A DNA stretch of 64,000 nt from Candidatus Daviesbacteria bacterium (GCA_016187025.1 JACPKM010000001.1:245688-309687); one strand, 5' to 3'. Positions 36,248 through 47,054 are shown, numbered from the stretch's first letter. Made by a program: numbers and translations. The notes: a model not told the origin generated them from the letters alone.

Positions 36248-38539
36248 ATGAATAAGATAATAAATAAAGAGATTGATTTAAACGGTAGAAAGTTAAAACT
36301 TGAAACCGGTAAGATAGCCCAGCAAGCAGATGCTGCGGTAGTTGCTTCGTGGGGAGAAACAGTTGTTTTGGCAACCGTTGCAACCCAGCCTCAAAAAATA
36401 GATATTGGTTATTTTCCCTTGTCTGTTGAATATGTTGAAAAATATTATGCTGGGGGAAGAATTTCTTCTTCAAGATTTATTAAAAGAGAAGCAAGACCAT
36501 CAGAGGAAGCTGTTTTAACAGGAAGGTTGATTGACAGATCAATTCGCCCGCTTTTTCCTAAAGATTTTAAAAATGAGGTTCAGGTGATTGTGACTGTGTT
36601 ATCAATAGACCAAGCCAATGATCCAGATATAGTAGGTTTAATTGGGGCATCAGCTGCTTTATCCATATCTTCAGTTCCTTGGAATGGTCCTATTAGCGGC
36701 GTAAGAGTAGGAGTCAAAGAAGGAAAATTTGAAATAAATCCTACTATTGCAGAATTAGAACACTTAGAAATGGATTTGTTTATAGCTTCCACCCCGGAAA
36801 AAATAATTATGGTTGAGGCCCAAGGTAATCAGGTAGAGGATGAAGTTGTTTTTGAAGGAATAAAACTGGCATTTGAGTCATCCCAGCCAATAGTAAATCT
36901 TATAAAAGAGTTTGCCAAAGAAGCTGGAAAGCCTAAGATAGAGTATTCGCATATTGAAGAGCAAATTGAGGAAGCCCTTTTTAAAGAAGCCAAAGGGTTA
37001 ATGAAGGAAAAAGTCGAGAAAGCTCTCCTTGATTTAGAAAGCCCTTGGAGAGATGCCAAAGGGGAAGAAATTAAAGCAGAGCTTTCGGAAAAATATGCTG
37101 AGAGTTTGACTCCGGAGGTCATCTCTGGAATCTTTGAAAAGGTTGCCAGGGAGATCATGCATGAGACAGTTTTAGTTAAAAAACAAAGAGTAGATGGTAG
37201 GGCAATGGATGAGGTAAGACACATTGAAATGGAAGTTGGGGTTCTACCAAGAACTCATGGAAGTGCCATATTTACCCGCGGCGAGTCACAGGTTTTATCA
37301 GTAGCAACGCTTGGCGCTCCTTCTTTGCAACAAACCTTAGAAGGGATGGAAGGTGAAAGACAAAAGCGCTATATGCACCACTACAATATGGGTAATAATC
37401 CTTTTGCCTCAGGAGAAGTTAAAAGGCTTGGTACTCCCAACAGAAGAGATATAGGTCATGGTGCTTTGGCAGAAAAAGCTTTAATAGCAGTTTTGCCTAC
37501 ACAAGAAGAGTTTCCTTATGCAGTCAGGGTTGTTTCAGAAGTATTAGGGGCCAATGCTTCTACTTCCATGGCCTCTGTTTGTGGGTCAACTTTGGCTCTG
37601 CTTAATGCCGGAGCGCCATTAAAAGCTCCAGTTGCTGGAATTGCCCTTGGACTTTTATCTGATGAAAAAAGTTTTCAGGTAATCACTGATATGCAGGCAA
37701 TTGAAGACTTCTTCGGAGAGATGGATTTTAAAGTTGCAGGTACCCAAAAAGGAGTCACTGCAATTCAAATGGATACTAAACTTAATGGTTTAACTTTTGA
37801 AATCATTGAGGAAGCCTTAAAACAAGGTAAGCAAGCCAGACTTTTTATCTTAAAAGAGATGGAAAAAGTTATCCCAACTGCTGGTCCGCTATCTCCCCAT
37901 GCTCCTAGAGTGGATATATTACATATAAAACCAGAAGAGATTGGAATGTTGATTGGACCAGGTGGAAAAAATATTAATGGTATTATTGCAAAAACTGGAG
38001 CTCAAATTGACATTGAAGATGATGGTACGGTTATGGTATCTGGTACAGATCCTGAAGGGGTAGAAAAAGCTCTTCAGGCAATCGAGGGAATGTTTAAAAC
38101 AGTGACACCAGGAGAGGTATACACAGGTAAAGTGGTAAGACTGGCTCCGTTTGGTGCATTTGTGGAAATTTTACCTGGAAAAGATGGGTTGGTGCATATA
38201 TCTCAAATGGCTCCAGGGCATGTTGATACAGCAGAGGATATTGTGTCAGAAGGACAAGAGGTTCAAGTAAGAGTAACAGATGTTTCTCCTGACGGTAAAA
38301 TTGCTTTATCCATGTTGTTTGGTGAGGATATGAAACCAGAAACCGAAGGAAGGCCATCACGTACACCAGGTGGCTCATCTAGAGACAGAGGTGGGTTTGG
38401 AGGAGAAAGAAGAAGCGGTGGTGGATCTCGCAGGTTTGGCTTTGACCGGTCAGGTGGAGAAAGGCGTGGGGGATTTGATAGAGGAGGTTTTGACCGAAGA
38501 CGCGCAGGCGGTGGTAGAAGAGGTGGGTTTGGTAGATAG
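36248..38539 (+). CDS. pnp: Polyribonucleotide nucleotidyltransferase (PNPase) with RGG-rich tail
   Basis: RLIDRSIRPLFP, RTHGSAIFTRGESQ, GEMDFKVAGT, KH and S1 domains. Confidence 0.98.
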   Translation: MNKIINKEIDLNGRKLKLETGKIAQQADAAVVASWGETVVLATVATQPQKIDIGYFPLSVEYVEKYYAGGRISSSRFIKREARPSEEAVLTGRLIDRSIRPLFPKDFKNEVQVIVTVLSIDQANDPDIVGLIGASAALSISSVPWNGPISGVRVGVKEGKFEINPTIAELEHLEMDLFIASTPEKIIMVEAQGNQVEDEVVFEGIKLAFESSQPIVNLIKEFAKEAGKPKIEYSHIEEQIEEALFKEAKGLMKEKVEKALLDLESPWRDAKGEEIKAELSEKYAESLTPEVISGIFEKVAREIMHETVLVKKQRVDGRAMDEVRHIEMEVGVLPRTHGSAIFTRGESQVLSVATLGAPSLQQTLEGMEGERQKRYMHHYNMGNNPFASGEVKRLGTPNRRDIGHGALAEKALIAVLPTQEEFPYAVRVVSEVLGANASTSMASVCGSTLALLNAGAPLKAPVAGIALGLLSDEKSFQVITDMQAIEDFFGEMDFKVAGTQKGVTAIQMDTKLNGLTFEIIEEALKQGKQARLFILKEMEKVIPTAGPLSPHAPRVDILHIKPEEIGMLIGPGGKNINGIIAKTGAQIDIEDDGTVMVSGTDPEGVEKALQAIEGMFKTVTPGEVYTGKVVRLAPFGAFVEILPGKDGLVHISQMAPGHVDTAEDIVSEGQEVQVRVTDVSPDGKIALSMLFGEDMKPETEGRPSRTPGGSSRDRGGFGGERRSGGGSRRFGFDRSGGERRGGFDRGGFDRRRAGGGRRGGFGR

Positions 38540-38568
38540 TTTAAAGAATTTAGATTAAAATAACAGGT

Positions 38569-39606
38569 ATGGAAGGTACTGCCCAGGATTTAACTATCAA
38601 TTTCAAACAACAGATTACATCATCAAATATTCCTAACGAGATAAAAGAAAAGCTTTTAAATTTATTAAAGTTTTCAGGTTCACAAACTGGTGGATGGGCT
38701 GAATTTGAAAAAACAGCAAGCTACATTGAGTTTACACTGGCACTTCCGTTTGGAAAAGTAAGTAATGATATATTAGATCTAAACCGGGCAAAACAAATTT
38801 TAGACAGAGATCATTATGGTCTACAATCTGTAAAAGATAGAGTCTTAGAGTATTTATCAGTATTGATTTTACACAAGCAAAAAGGTGTTGGCTCAAGTTT
38901 CCATGCACCAATCCTGGCATTTATAGGACTTGTTGGTACCGGTAAAACTACAATTGCTTATTCAATAGCAGAAAGCTTAGGTAGACCAATCTTCCGTATA
39001 CCTTTTGGCGGGTTAGGAGATCCAGCTACCTTAAGGGGACAATCTAGAATCAAAGTTGATGCTGAAGCTGGACAGATTATGAAAGCAATAAAGCTTGCTC
39101 AAGTAAATAACCCTGTAATTCTTCTTGATGAGATTGACCGTGTCTCTGAAGAAGGAAAACTCGATATAATGGGAGTGTTAATTGAGCTTTTGGATCCGCA
39201 ACAAAATCATGCATTTATAGACAGATATTTAGATTTTTCTTATGATCTTTCACAAGTAATGTTTATTGCAACAGCCAACAACACTGGGAATATTTCTACT
39301 GCAGTTTTAGACAGGATTGAGCCTATTCAAATGCCTTCTTATTCAGACGAAGAAAAGATGGTGATTGGTAAAAAGCACTTGTTTCCAAAGGCATTGTCCG
39401 AAGCAGGGGTGGATAGTAGTAAAATAAATTTAGATGAATCAATTTGGCCAATGTTAATAAGGCCTTTGGGTTATGATGCCGGAATTAGATCTTTGTCTCG
39501 CAACCTACAGGGTTTAGCAAGAAAGGTTGCCAGAAAAATCGTTGAAGGAAATACTGGACCATTTAATATAAATAGTCAGAACTTAGGAGAATATTTAGAA
39601 AGTTAA
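38569..39606 (+). CDS. Lon-like AAA+ ATPase lacking the protease and N domains
   Basis: LDRDHYGLQSVKDRVLEYL, GLVGTGKT, NPVILLDEID, ELLDPQQN, FIATAN; ORF ends before any Ser-Lys protease domain. Confidence 0.88.
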   Translation: MEGTAQDLTINFKQQITSSNIPNEIKEKLLNLLKFSGSQTGGWAEFEKTASYIEFTLALPFGKVSNDILDLNRAKQILDRDHYGLQSVKDRVLEYLSVLILHKQKGVGSSFHAPILAFIGLVGTGKTTIAYSIAESLGRPIFRIPFGGLGDPATLRGQSRIKVDAEAGQIMKAIKLAQVNNPVILLDEIDRVSEEGKLDIMGVLIELLDPQQNHAFIDRYLDFSYDLSQVMFIATANNTGNISTAVLDRIEPIQMPSYSDEEKMVIGKKHLFPKALSEAGVDSSKINLDESIWPMLIRPLGYDAGIRSLSRNLQGLARKVARKIVEGNTGPFNINSQNLGEYLES

Positions 39607-39609
39607 CCT

Positions 39610-41304
39610 ATGAAAAGTTTTGTACCAAAATTCAGTTTAAATAAAAATAATAATCAACCCCTAAAACTTATTCCCCTCGGGGGTGTTGGTGATGTGACAA
39701 AAAATATGTATATTTATGAATATGGTGACGATATTATAATCGTTGATTGCGGAGTAGGTTTTCCGGATGAAGCCATGCCAGGAGTTGATTTGGTAATTCC
39801 TGATATATCGTATTTAAGAGATAAAAAAAATAAGATAAAAGCAATCTTGATTACTCATGGTCATGATGATCATATAGGTGGACTGCCCTACCTTTGGCCA
39901 GAACTTCAGGTTCCAATATATACTCAAAAATTAACTTGTGGGTTTATTCGAACAAAATTTACCGAGTTTGGTTTACCAAAAAATTCAATTCATGAGGTAA
40001 AAATTTCTGATAAGCTAACCTTAGGAGCATTTAATATTTCTTTTTATCAAGTGTCTCATTCAGTACCAGACTCCATGGGAATTGTAATTGAAACCCCAGT
40101 TGGCAGAATCATACACCAGGCTGATTTTAAAATTGATTGGACACCTGTTTCTGGCCAGGTTACAGATGTAGGAAGGGTAGCCAATTTAGGGACAGCAGGA
40201 GTAAAGCTGCTTTTACTAGATTGTTTAAGAGTAGAAAAGCCCGGTTTTAATCCTTCAGAAAAATCAATTGAATCATCATTTGAAAAAGCAGCATTGGAAA
40301 CTTCTGGAAAAGTTTTAATTACTATGACCTCATCTAATGTTTCTAGAATGCAACAAGCGATAAATGTTGCAGCCAGGTTGGGAAGAAAGGTAGCTTTAGT
40401 AGGAAGGTCTTTTGAAAATAATTTTCAGGTTGCAAGAGATTTAGGATATCTACATGTACCACCTGGAGTCATAATAGCCTCAGATGCTATGTCTACATTT
40501 CCAGCAAATAAGCTACTAATTCTTATAGCCGGATCTCAGGGTCAAGCTGGTTCTTCATTATCAAGAGTTGCAAATGGTGAGCATAAATTAGTAAGAATTG
40601 GGGAGGGTGATAGTGTGGTTTTTTCAGCTGATCCTATACCTTCAACTGAAACAGAGTATAATGCCTTAATAGATTCATTAACCAGAATTGGCGTCAATGT
40701 TTATTATTCAGCAGTAACTTCTAATTTGCATGTGTCTGGTCATGCAGCAGCGGATGAATTAAAATTAATGATAAATTTGGCAAAACCTCAATACTTAATG
40801 GGTATTGGTGGAACTTTCAGGCATAACAAACTTTTTGCTAAAATGGCTCAGGATATGGGGTATAAACAAAATCAGGTTTTGGATGTAGAAGATGGAGACA
40901 TTATTAATATTTTACAAAATGATATAAAAGTTGAAGGTAAAATTGAGGTGCAAAATATTTACGTAGATGGTTTAGGAGTAGGAGATATTGGAAGTATTGT
41001 TTTAAGGGATAGAAGACTCATGAGCGAGGAGGGGATTATAGTTACGGTAATCTCTCTTGATCCTCAAACTGGAAAGATGGAAGGAGAACCAGAGATAATC
41101 TCTCGTGGTTTTGTTTTTGAGGCTTTGGCTACAGACTTATTAGACGAGGCAAAGCAAGTTGTCAAAGATAGTTTCCGTCAACACAGCAAGGGCAAGCTTG
41201 ATTGGAGGTTTTTAAGAAAAATGATAGAAGATGATTTAGAGAAGTTTTTATACAAGCATACAGAAAGGAGACCGATTATTTTACCTGTTATTGTGGAGAT
41301 ATAG
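39610..41304 (+). CDS. rnj: Ribonuclease J
   Basis: IPLGGVGDV, THGHDDHIG, HSVPD, HVSGHA. Confidence 0.96.
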   Translation: MKSFVPKFSLNKNNNQPLKLIPLGGVGDVTKNMYIYEYGDDIIIVDCGVGFPDEAMPGVDLVIPDISYLRDKKNKIKAILITHGHDDHIGGLPYLWPELQVPIYTQKLTCGFIRTKFTEFGLPKNSIHEVKISDKLTLGAFNISFYQVSHSVPDSMGIVIETPVGRIIHQADFKIDWTPVSGQVTDVGRVANLGTAGVKLLLLDCLRVEKPGFNPSEKSIESSFEKAALETSGKVLITMTSSNVSRMQQAINVAARLGRKVALVGRSFENNFQVARDLGYLHVPPGVIIASDAMSTFPANKLLILIAGSQGQAGSSLSRVANGEHKLVRIGEGDSVVFSADPIPSTETEYNALIDSLTRIGVNVYYSAVTSNLHVSGHAAADELKLMINLAKPQYLMGIGGTFRHNKLFAKMAQDMGYKQNQVLDVEDGDIINILQNDIKVEGKIEVQNIYVDGLGVGDIGSIVLRDRRLMSEEGIIVTVISLDPQTGKMEGEPEIISRGFVFEALATDLLDEAKQVVKDSFRQHSKGKLDWRFLRKMIEDDLEKFLYKHTERRPIILPVIVEI

Positions 41305-41345
41305 ACAATAACCCATAGTAAATGTGATATAATATAGCAAGCTTT

Positions 41346-43475
41346 ATGTCCCGCCGCCGTTCTCTCTACCATGTGCCTAAATTAAGGCTTAAGCAAAAAA
41401 CTATAATTGGCATTGCCACAATTATTGCTCTAATATCGGCTATTTTATCTGCAGTTGCTTTGGCTACAAACTCATCATATTTACAGTTTTGGCAAGAGTT
41501 TCTAATTGAAGTTTTCGGTTGGACCGCCTTTGTCTCACCCATCCTTTTTATTTTAGTTGGGTTGGTTTTACAAAGAGTTAAATGGTCTTTTGCTCAGATG
41601 AATGTGTTACTAGGATTGATTTTGATAATTTTAGGATCAACAAGTCTAACTGCTGCTATTTCTCAACAAAAAGCCGGGATCATTGGGTTAAACATATGGG
41701 AGCAACTATCAACCTTTTTGACTACAATTGGAGCCGGAGCTTTGCTTTTGGGATTATTACTGGTTGGGGTTGTAGTGATGCTTAATGCTTCACTTAGCCA
41801 AATCTTTGGAATATTTGGAAATATATTTTCACTTCTTAAAAATACTGTTTTTAAGGCACTGTTTTCTTTGTTCAACCGTCCGAAAACTTTTGAAGCCAAA
41901 AATATCCCTATAAGGGTTTCTGGAGTAGATGAAAAAAATAGAAGAGCTCAAGTTGGAAGAGAGCAACAACCAGCAAAAGATATGGTGATTGCTGATACTT
42001 TAGTACAAAACGTTGCCGGTCAATCAAAGATCTGGAAATATCCTAATTTAGGTCTTTTATCTGATAAAGTCGGATCAGCGGCAGACAGAGGAGATGTTAA
42101 GAAAAATGCTGCTACTATCGAAAGAACTTTGGATTCATTTGGAATCCAAGCTAGAGTCGCTGAAGTCAACGGTGGTCCGGCTGTTACTCAATATGCATTA
42201 GAGATTTCTGCTGGAACTAAAATATCAAAAATTGCCAACCTGCAGCATGATATAGCACTGGCTTTGGCAACTCCAACAGGAACTGTCCGTATTGAGGCAC
42301 CAATTCCGGGAAAGTCTTTAGTTGGAATTGAGGTGCCAAACCGGTCACTGGAAGTTGTCGGACTGAAAAATGTTTTAGCATCAGATGAAATAAGTAAACA
42401 TAAATCAAAATTGGCAGTTGCTTTAGGAAGGGATACTGCTTCTAAGCCGGTTGTGGTTGATATTGATCGGATGCCGCATTGTTTAGTTGCAGGAACAACC
42501 GGTTCTGGTAAATCAATACTTCTAAATGCTTTTATTTCTACCCTTTTGTTCAGGAACTCACCGGATGAGTTAAAGTTAATCTTGATAGATCCAAAAAGAG
42601 TGGAATTAACAAACTTCAATGGGATTCCTCATTTGCTAACACCGGTTATAACAGAGCCTGAGAAGATTCTTTCTTCTTTAAAATGGGCGATGGCAGAGAT
42701 GGATAGAAGGTATAAACTGTTCCAATCTGTGGGAGTGAGAAATATCCAGGGTTATAACGAAATGTCAGGGTTTCAAGCCTTGCCCTATATTGTAATTATT
42801 GTTGACGAGCTTGCTGATTTGATGATGTTTGCACCAGTTGAGGTTGAGGATTCAATTACTCGTATTGCCCAACTTGCCAGGGCAACAGGTATTCATTTGG
42901 TGGTAGCCACTCAAAGACCATCAGTTGATGTAATTACAGGTTTAATCAAAGCAAATATTCCATGCAGGGTAGCATTTAATGTTTCCTCAATGATTGATTC
43001 AAGAGTTATTTTAGATGGACCAGGAGCAGAAAAACTACTTGGACGAGGAGATATGTTGTTTTTACCTCCTGATGCCAGCAAACCAATGCGTGTTCAAGGT
43101 GTATATGTTCAAGATGCAGAAATTAATAACCTGATCAAATACTTAAAGGAGTTAGGGGTTGCTCCGCAATATACAGCAGAGGTAACTGAGATGCCAATTG
43201 GCAGAATGAATGGTAGGGGTGGATCAAGTGTATCTGCTGATGGGAGAGATGATCTATTTGAAGAAGCAGTTAGAACTGTGTGTCAGTACGACAGAGCTTC
43301 AGCATCACTTTTACAAAGAAGACTTAAAGTGGGATATGCCAGAGCTGCAAGGATTTTGGACGAGTTAGAAGAAGCCGGGATTGTAGGAACAGGAGAGGGT
43401 TCAAAACCCCGGGATGTTTTGGTCAAAAACGCTGATGAATATCTTGCCCAAAGTGCAGGAGCTTCTGAAGGCTAA
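41346..43475 (+). CDS. ftsK: DNA translocase FtsK/SpoIIIE
   Basis: N-terminal TM helices, GTTGSGKS, IVDELADLMM, ATQRPSVDVITG, gamma domain ASASLLQRRLKVGYARAARI. Confidence 0.97.
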   Translation: MSRRRSLYHVPKLRLKQKTIIGIATIIALISAILSAVALATNSSYLQFWQEFLIEVFGWTAFVSPILFILVGLVLQRVKWSFAQMNVLLGLILIILGSTSLTAAISQQKAGIIGLNIWEQLSTFLTTIGAGALLLGLLLVGVVVMLNASLSQIFGIFGNIFSLLKNTVFKALFSLFNRPKTFEAKNIPIRVSGVDEKNRRAQVGREQQPAKDMVIADTLVQNVAGQSKIWKYPNLGLLSDKVGSAADRGDVKKNAATIERTLDSFGIQARVAEVNGGPAVTQYALEISAGTKISKIANLQHDIALALATPTGTVRIEAPIPGKSLVGIEVPNRSLEVVGLKNVLASDEISKHKSKLAVALGRDTASKPVVVDIDRMPHCLVAGTTGSGKSILLNAFISTLLFRNSPDELKLILIDPKRVELTNFNGIPHLLTPVITEPEKILSSLKWAMAEMDRRYKLFQSVGVRNIQGYNEMSGFQALPYIVIIVDELADLMMFAPVEVEDSITRIAQLARATGIHLVVATQRPSVDVITGLIKANIPCRVAFNVSSMIDSRVILDGPGAEKLLGRGDMLFLPPDASKPMRVQGVYVQDAEINNLIKYLKELGVAPQYTAEVTEMPIGRMNGRGGSSVSADGRDDLFEEAVRTVCQYDRASASLLQRRLKVGYARAARILDELEEAGIVGTGEGSKPRDVLVKNADEYLAQSAGASEG

Positions 43476-43481
43476 ATAGCA

Positions 43482-44210
43482 TTAATTATTCTGAGTACAA
43501 ACTTCTAAATCTATTAAAAGAGGGTAATGATCTGAGGCATCTGTTTCCACAATCTGGAAATTTTCTGCTTTTAAATCAGGTGTTGTAAAGATATAATCTA
43601 TTCTATATTTGGTTTTATTTGGATCACGGTAGTTGATCCAGCTTAGTTCTTTCATTTCAGGGTCAGTGTTTATTAACTTTTCACTCAACTTTCTAACTAC
43701 ATCAGATTCTGGTACTGAGTTAAAATCTCCCATTAAAACTGTATTTTTTTTATCAATTACTTTCAGCAAAGTATTTAGCTGAATTTCTCTAATTGCAACT
43801 GGTTTGCACTCTAGAGAAAACGCCAGATGAGTAGAGATAAAAGTAATTTCCCCCCCATTAATATTTATTTTTGCGATACATGCTCCTCTGGGCTCAGTCA
43901 TTGCCGCTTCTTCTTTTTTGTAGTCTTCAAGAGTACTTAGCAAAATACATTCATTTTCTGTAATTGAGAATTTAGACAAGACGGCATTGCCTAAATCATA
44001 TGGTGGGGTATGACGGTCTGTGGTGTAAGCTTTGCAATAAACAAAATCATATCCTAGTTTTTCAGCAATGATTTCTGCAATGTTTGTACCATCTTGTACT
44101 TTAATCTCCTGTAGACCTATGATATCAGCACTCTCTTTTTCTAAAACTTCAATAATTTTATCTAGGTGTTGTCCTTTCCAAATATTCCACGATAACACTT
44201 TGAGTTTCAT
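43482..44210 (-). CDS. Endonuclease/exonuclease/phosphatase (EEP) family protein
   Basis: SWNI, DIIGLQE, GNAVLSK, STHL, MGDFN, RIDYIF, SDHYP. Confidence 0.93.
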   Translation of the reverse strand: MKLKVLSWNIWKGQHLDKIIEVLEKESADIIGLQEIKVQDGTNIAEIIAEKLGYDFVYCKAYTTDRHTPPYDLGNAVLSKFSITENECILLSTLEDYKKEEAAMTEPRGACIAKININGGEITFISTHLAFSLECKPVAIREIQLNTLLKVIDKKNTVLMGDFNSVPESDVVRKLSEKLINTDPEMKELSWINYRDPNKTKYRIDYIFTTPDLKAENFQIVETDASDHYPLLIDLEVCTQNN

Positions 44211-44246
44211 GTCGCTCTATTATATTAAATCTGCTAATATTTGCAC

Positions 44247-44762
44247 ATGCAGTTTAAAAAAGGGATTTCTGAGAAACAGATTAATCAATTAATTTACTAT
44301 ACAAATAATGATTTGGATATCGGCAAGTTCACTAGTGACTTGAAACGGTTTAAAAATAGACAGATGTTTGATAAATGGCAGAAGAAAAAAAGAACTATCT
44401 TTACCATAACTGATGAAAAATCAAACTTGTTGGGGATTTTTTGGATTGGGGAAGAAGATTTGGCCGGTGAAAAGATTCCAAATCAAGATCTGCTCTTTTC
44501 TTTTAAAAGGGAAGATTATGGAATAACTTTTGCAGTTAGAATTTATGGGCAGGCAAGAGGAAAAGGTTTGGCAAAAGAATTTATTGAAAGATCTTTCAAA
44601 GAATTTAATGCCAAAAAGAAAATTTGGCTTGACACAAAAGTAGAGAACGAAAGAGCAATAAGTTTATACAAAAAATTAGGATTTAAAACTGCTACTAGGG
44701 CAGATAAAGAAGGTTGGATTATTATGATCCAAGAAGAAAGCCATGAAGCTCACACCAATTAA
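44247..44762 (+). CDS. GNAT family N-acetyltransferase
   Basis: ARGKGLA, ENERAISLYKKLGF. Confidence 0.85.
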   Translation: MQFKKGISEKQINQLIYYTNNDLDIGKFTSDLKRFKNRQMFDKWQKKKRTIFTITDEKSNLLGIFWIGEEDLAGEKIPNQDLLFSFKREDYGITFAVRIYGQARGKGLAKEFIERSFKEFNAKKKIWLDTKVENERAISLYKKLGFKTATRADKEGWIIMIQEESHEAHTN

Positions 44763-45486
44763 AACTCACAAAATTACAAAAGAAGATAAAGATATTTTAA
44801 AAATTCTTGATAAATATATTGTTTCTATGAAAGAAAATTCTGTACTTGCAATTACCTCTAAAATTGTTGCGGTTTGTGAAGGAAGAGTAGTTGAAATATC
44901 TAAAACAAATAGAGATGAGTTAGTTGAGAAAGAAGCTGAGATTTATTTGTCACCCCGGGAAAACAAATATGGTTTTCATATAACTGTAAAACACAATATG
45001 TTGATTGCCTCTGCTGGGATAGATGAATCAAACGGTAATGGTTATTATGTGCTGTGGCCAAAAGATCCTCAGCAGGCAGCAAATCAAATTAGACAATACC
45101 TTAAGGCCCGGTTTAGCTTAACCAATGTCGGAGTAATAATCACTGACAGCAAAACAACTCCTTTAAGATGGGGTGTAACAGGGATTGCTTTGTCACATAG
45201 TGGTTTTGTAGCTTTAAACACATACGTTGGAAAACCGGATCTCTTTGGAAGGCCTTTACATGTTACTAAGGCAAATGCTATGGATGGGTTAGCAGCCAGT
45301 GCAGTTTTAGTTATGGGTGAAGGAGCAGAACAAACACCGATGGCAATTATAGAAGATGTTCCATTTGTTGAGTTTCAAGATAGAAATCCAACTCAGCAGG
45401 AATTAGACATGCTCAAAATCGAAATTGATGATGATATCTATGCTCCATTTTTAAAAAATGCTTCTTGGAGGAGGGGTAAGGGTTAA
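44743..45486 (+). CDS. CofE-like gamma-glutamyl ligase (F420-0:glutamate ligase family)
   Basis: ITSKIVAVCEG, SAGIDESN, GVIITDSKTTPLRWG, DLFGRPL, VMGEGAEQTP. Confidence 0.85.
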   Translation: MKLTPIKTHKITKEDKDILKILDKYIVSMKENSVLAITSKIVAVCEGRVVEISKTNRDELVEKEAEIYLSPRENKYGFHITVKHNMLIASAGIDESNGNGYYVLWPKDPQQAANQIRQYLKARFSLTNVGVIITDSKTTPLRWGVTGIALSHSGFVALNTYVGKPDLFGRPLHVTKANAMDGLAASAVLVMGEGAEQTPMAIIEDVPFVEFQDRNPTQQELDMLKIEIDDDIYAPFLKNASWRRGKG

Positions 45487-45971
45487 TCTTTTTGGCTTGG
45501 TATAACAGCTTCAATATTAGAAATCTGATCTAAGACCTTATCAACAGGAGCCAGAGCCTCTTTCAGTCTTTTTTCTTCCTCTGCCTTTTTAATTCTAAAG
45601 AGCTGGTCATCAGCGGTTTTTTTAAACCTGTTAAATTGAGCAACTTCTAAATGAAGGTAAGCCAGAATTAATTTTTCACATCTGTTTTCAATCATATTTT
45701 TAATATTTGTAAATAGCATAATGTAGGAATCCTTTCCTGAATCCGGATGTTTACTATGGCTTATTTCAACCTGATAATCTTTTAAATTTATCCGGTAGTG
45801 AAATTGCAGAGAACTTGGGTCAAACCTGGATAAATCTGTATGAGATACGGTGATCAAATCCTTGTCTATTAATTTTATAAGTTGTAAGATATACTTTTCT
45901 GCTTGCCCGGAGTCTCCGTTAGGAGGCAAGCCTACTGGACTGTTAATATCTACATCATCAGAATTAGGCAT
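45483..45971 (-). CDS. Hypothetical protein
   Basis: 162-aa ORF filling the gap; no motif recognised. Confidence 0.55.
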   Translation of the reverse strand: MPNSDDVDINSPVGLPPNGDSGQAEKYILQLIKLIDKDLITVSHTDLSRFDPSSLQFHYRINLKDYQVEISHSKHPDSGKDSYIMLFTNIKNMIENRCEKLILAYLHLEVAQFNRFKKTADDQLFRIKKAEEEKRLKEALAPVDKVLDQISNIEAVIPSQKD

Positions 45972-46083
45972 TGGTCCCTATATTAAAAGTTTTACTTCAA
46001 AGTGTCAATTGGATCAAATAGTAAAGTAGTATAAACAAATAACTTAATCTAAACTGCTAACCATATGCGCTATACTATACAGC

Positions 46084-46722
46084 ATGAGAACAGTAGGACA
46101 GATTTTAAAAGACGAAAGAGAAAGGAAACTGCTTAAGCTGGAAGAAGTAGAAAAAGCAACCAAGATTAGAAAAGAATTACTTGAGGCATTAGAAAAAGAT
46201 GAGTACCATAGACTACCTCCGCCCACCTTTGTCCAGGGATTTATCAAAAACTACGGAAGATTTTTAAGCCTTGATACAGAAAAATTACTGGCAATTTATA
46301 GAAGGGAGTTTTCGGATCGGAAAAACCCGCCAAAAATAATGGAAGCTTGGACTAATCCTATTGACAAGAAAAGATTTAAAATTACCCCCTCTAAAGCTTT
46401 AGGTGCAGTAGTTTTTTCCCTGATAGTCACCTTTTTGATTTATCTTTGGATTGAATACCGGTTTTTGGTAGGTGCTCCTTTTTTGGAAGTGATATCTCCT
46501 TCTAACCAGTTTACTACCAGTAATGCTGTGGTTGTAGTAAAGGGTAAAACTGACCCAGAAGCAAAAGTTATGATAAACAATCAAGAGATTCAAGTTGATA
46601 TCTCGGGAAATTTTTCCCAAGAGGTCAAATTAAATGGCAGTGCCAATCAGCTAGTTATAACCTCAACTGGTAAGTCAGGGAAATCAAGCAGAGTTGAGAA
46701 AATGGTATTTCTAAAACCGTAG
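46084..46722 (+). CDS. RodZ-like HTH membrane protein with C-terminal Ig-like domain
   Basis: TVGQILK..R, TKIRKELLEALE, FVQGFIKNYGRFL, TM helix, VKGKTDPEAKVMIN. Confidence 0.85.
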   Translation: MRTVGQILKDERERKLLKLEEVEKATKIRKELLEALEKDEYHRLPPPTFVQGFIKNYGRFLSLDTEKLLAIYRREFSDRKNPPKIMEAWTNPIDKKRFKITPSKALGAVVFSLIVTFLIYLWIEYRFLVGAPFLEVISPSNQFTTSNAVVVVKGKTDPEAKVMINNQEIQVDISGNFSQEVKLNGSANQLVITSTGKSGKSSRVEKMVFLKP

Positions 46723-46757
46723 GAAACCAGTTCAAATTTGTGTTATATTAAATCCTT

Positions 46758-47054
46758 ATGGATTTGTTACAAATTGCCCTGGTTTTTTTAATTGTCCTTT
46801 TATCTATTTTCCTGGCTATTACAGGGTTTCAGGTTTTTTTAATCTTAAGAGATTTAAAAAAAGCTTTAGATAAGCTAAATAGAATTATTGAAACAGGAGA
46901 AGAGATTGCTCAAGACATTGAAAGACCTGTACATGCAGCGTCAACTTTAGTTTCCACAATTTCAGAAGGGGCAAAGGCCTTGATAAAAGGTGAGAAAAAG
47001 GAGAGTAAAAGAGACTTACCAAAACCCCGCCGCTTCTATAAGCGAACTCTATAA
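46758..47054 (+). CDS. Small membrane-anchored coiled-coil protein (DUF948-like)
   Basis: N-terminal TM followed by an amphipathic helix. Confidence 0.55.
   Translation: MDLLQIALVFLIVLLSIFLAITGFQVFLILRDLKKALDKLNRIIETGEEIAQDIERPVHAASTLVSTISEGAKALIKGEKKESKRDLPKPRRFYKRTL

Noticed and set aside
38385-38536. Repeats at the pnp 3' end
   Set aside because: They encode an ordinary RGG/FDR low-complexity tail.
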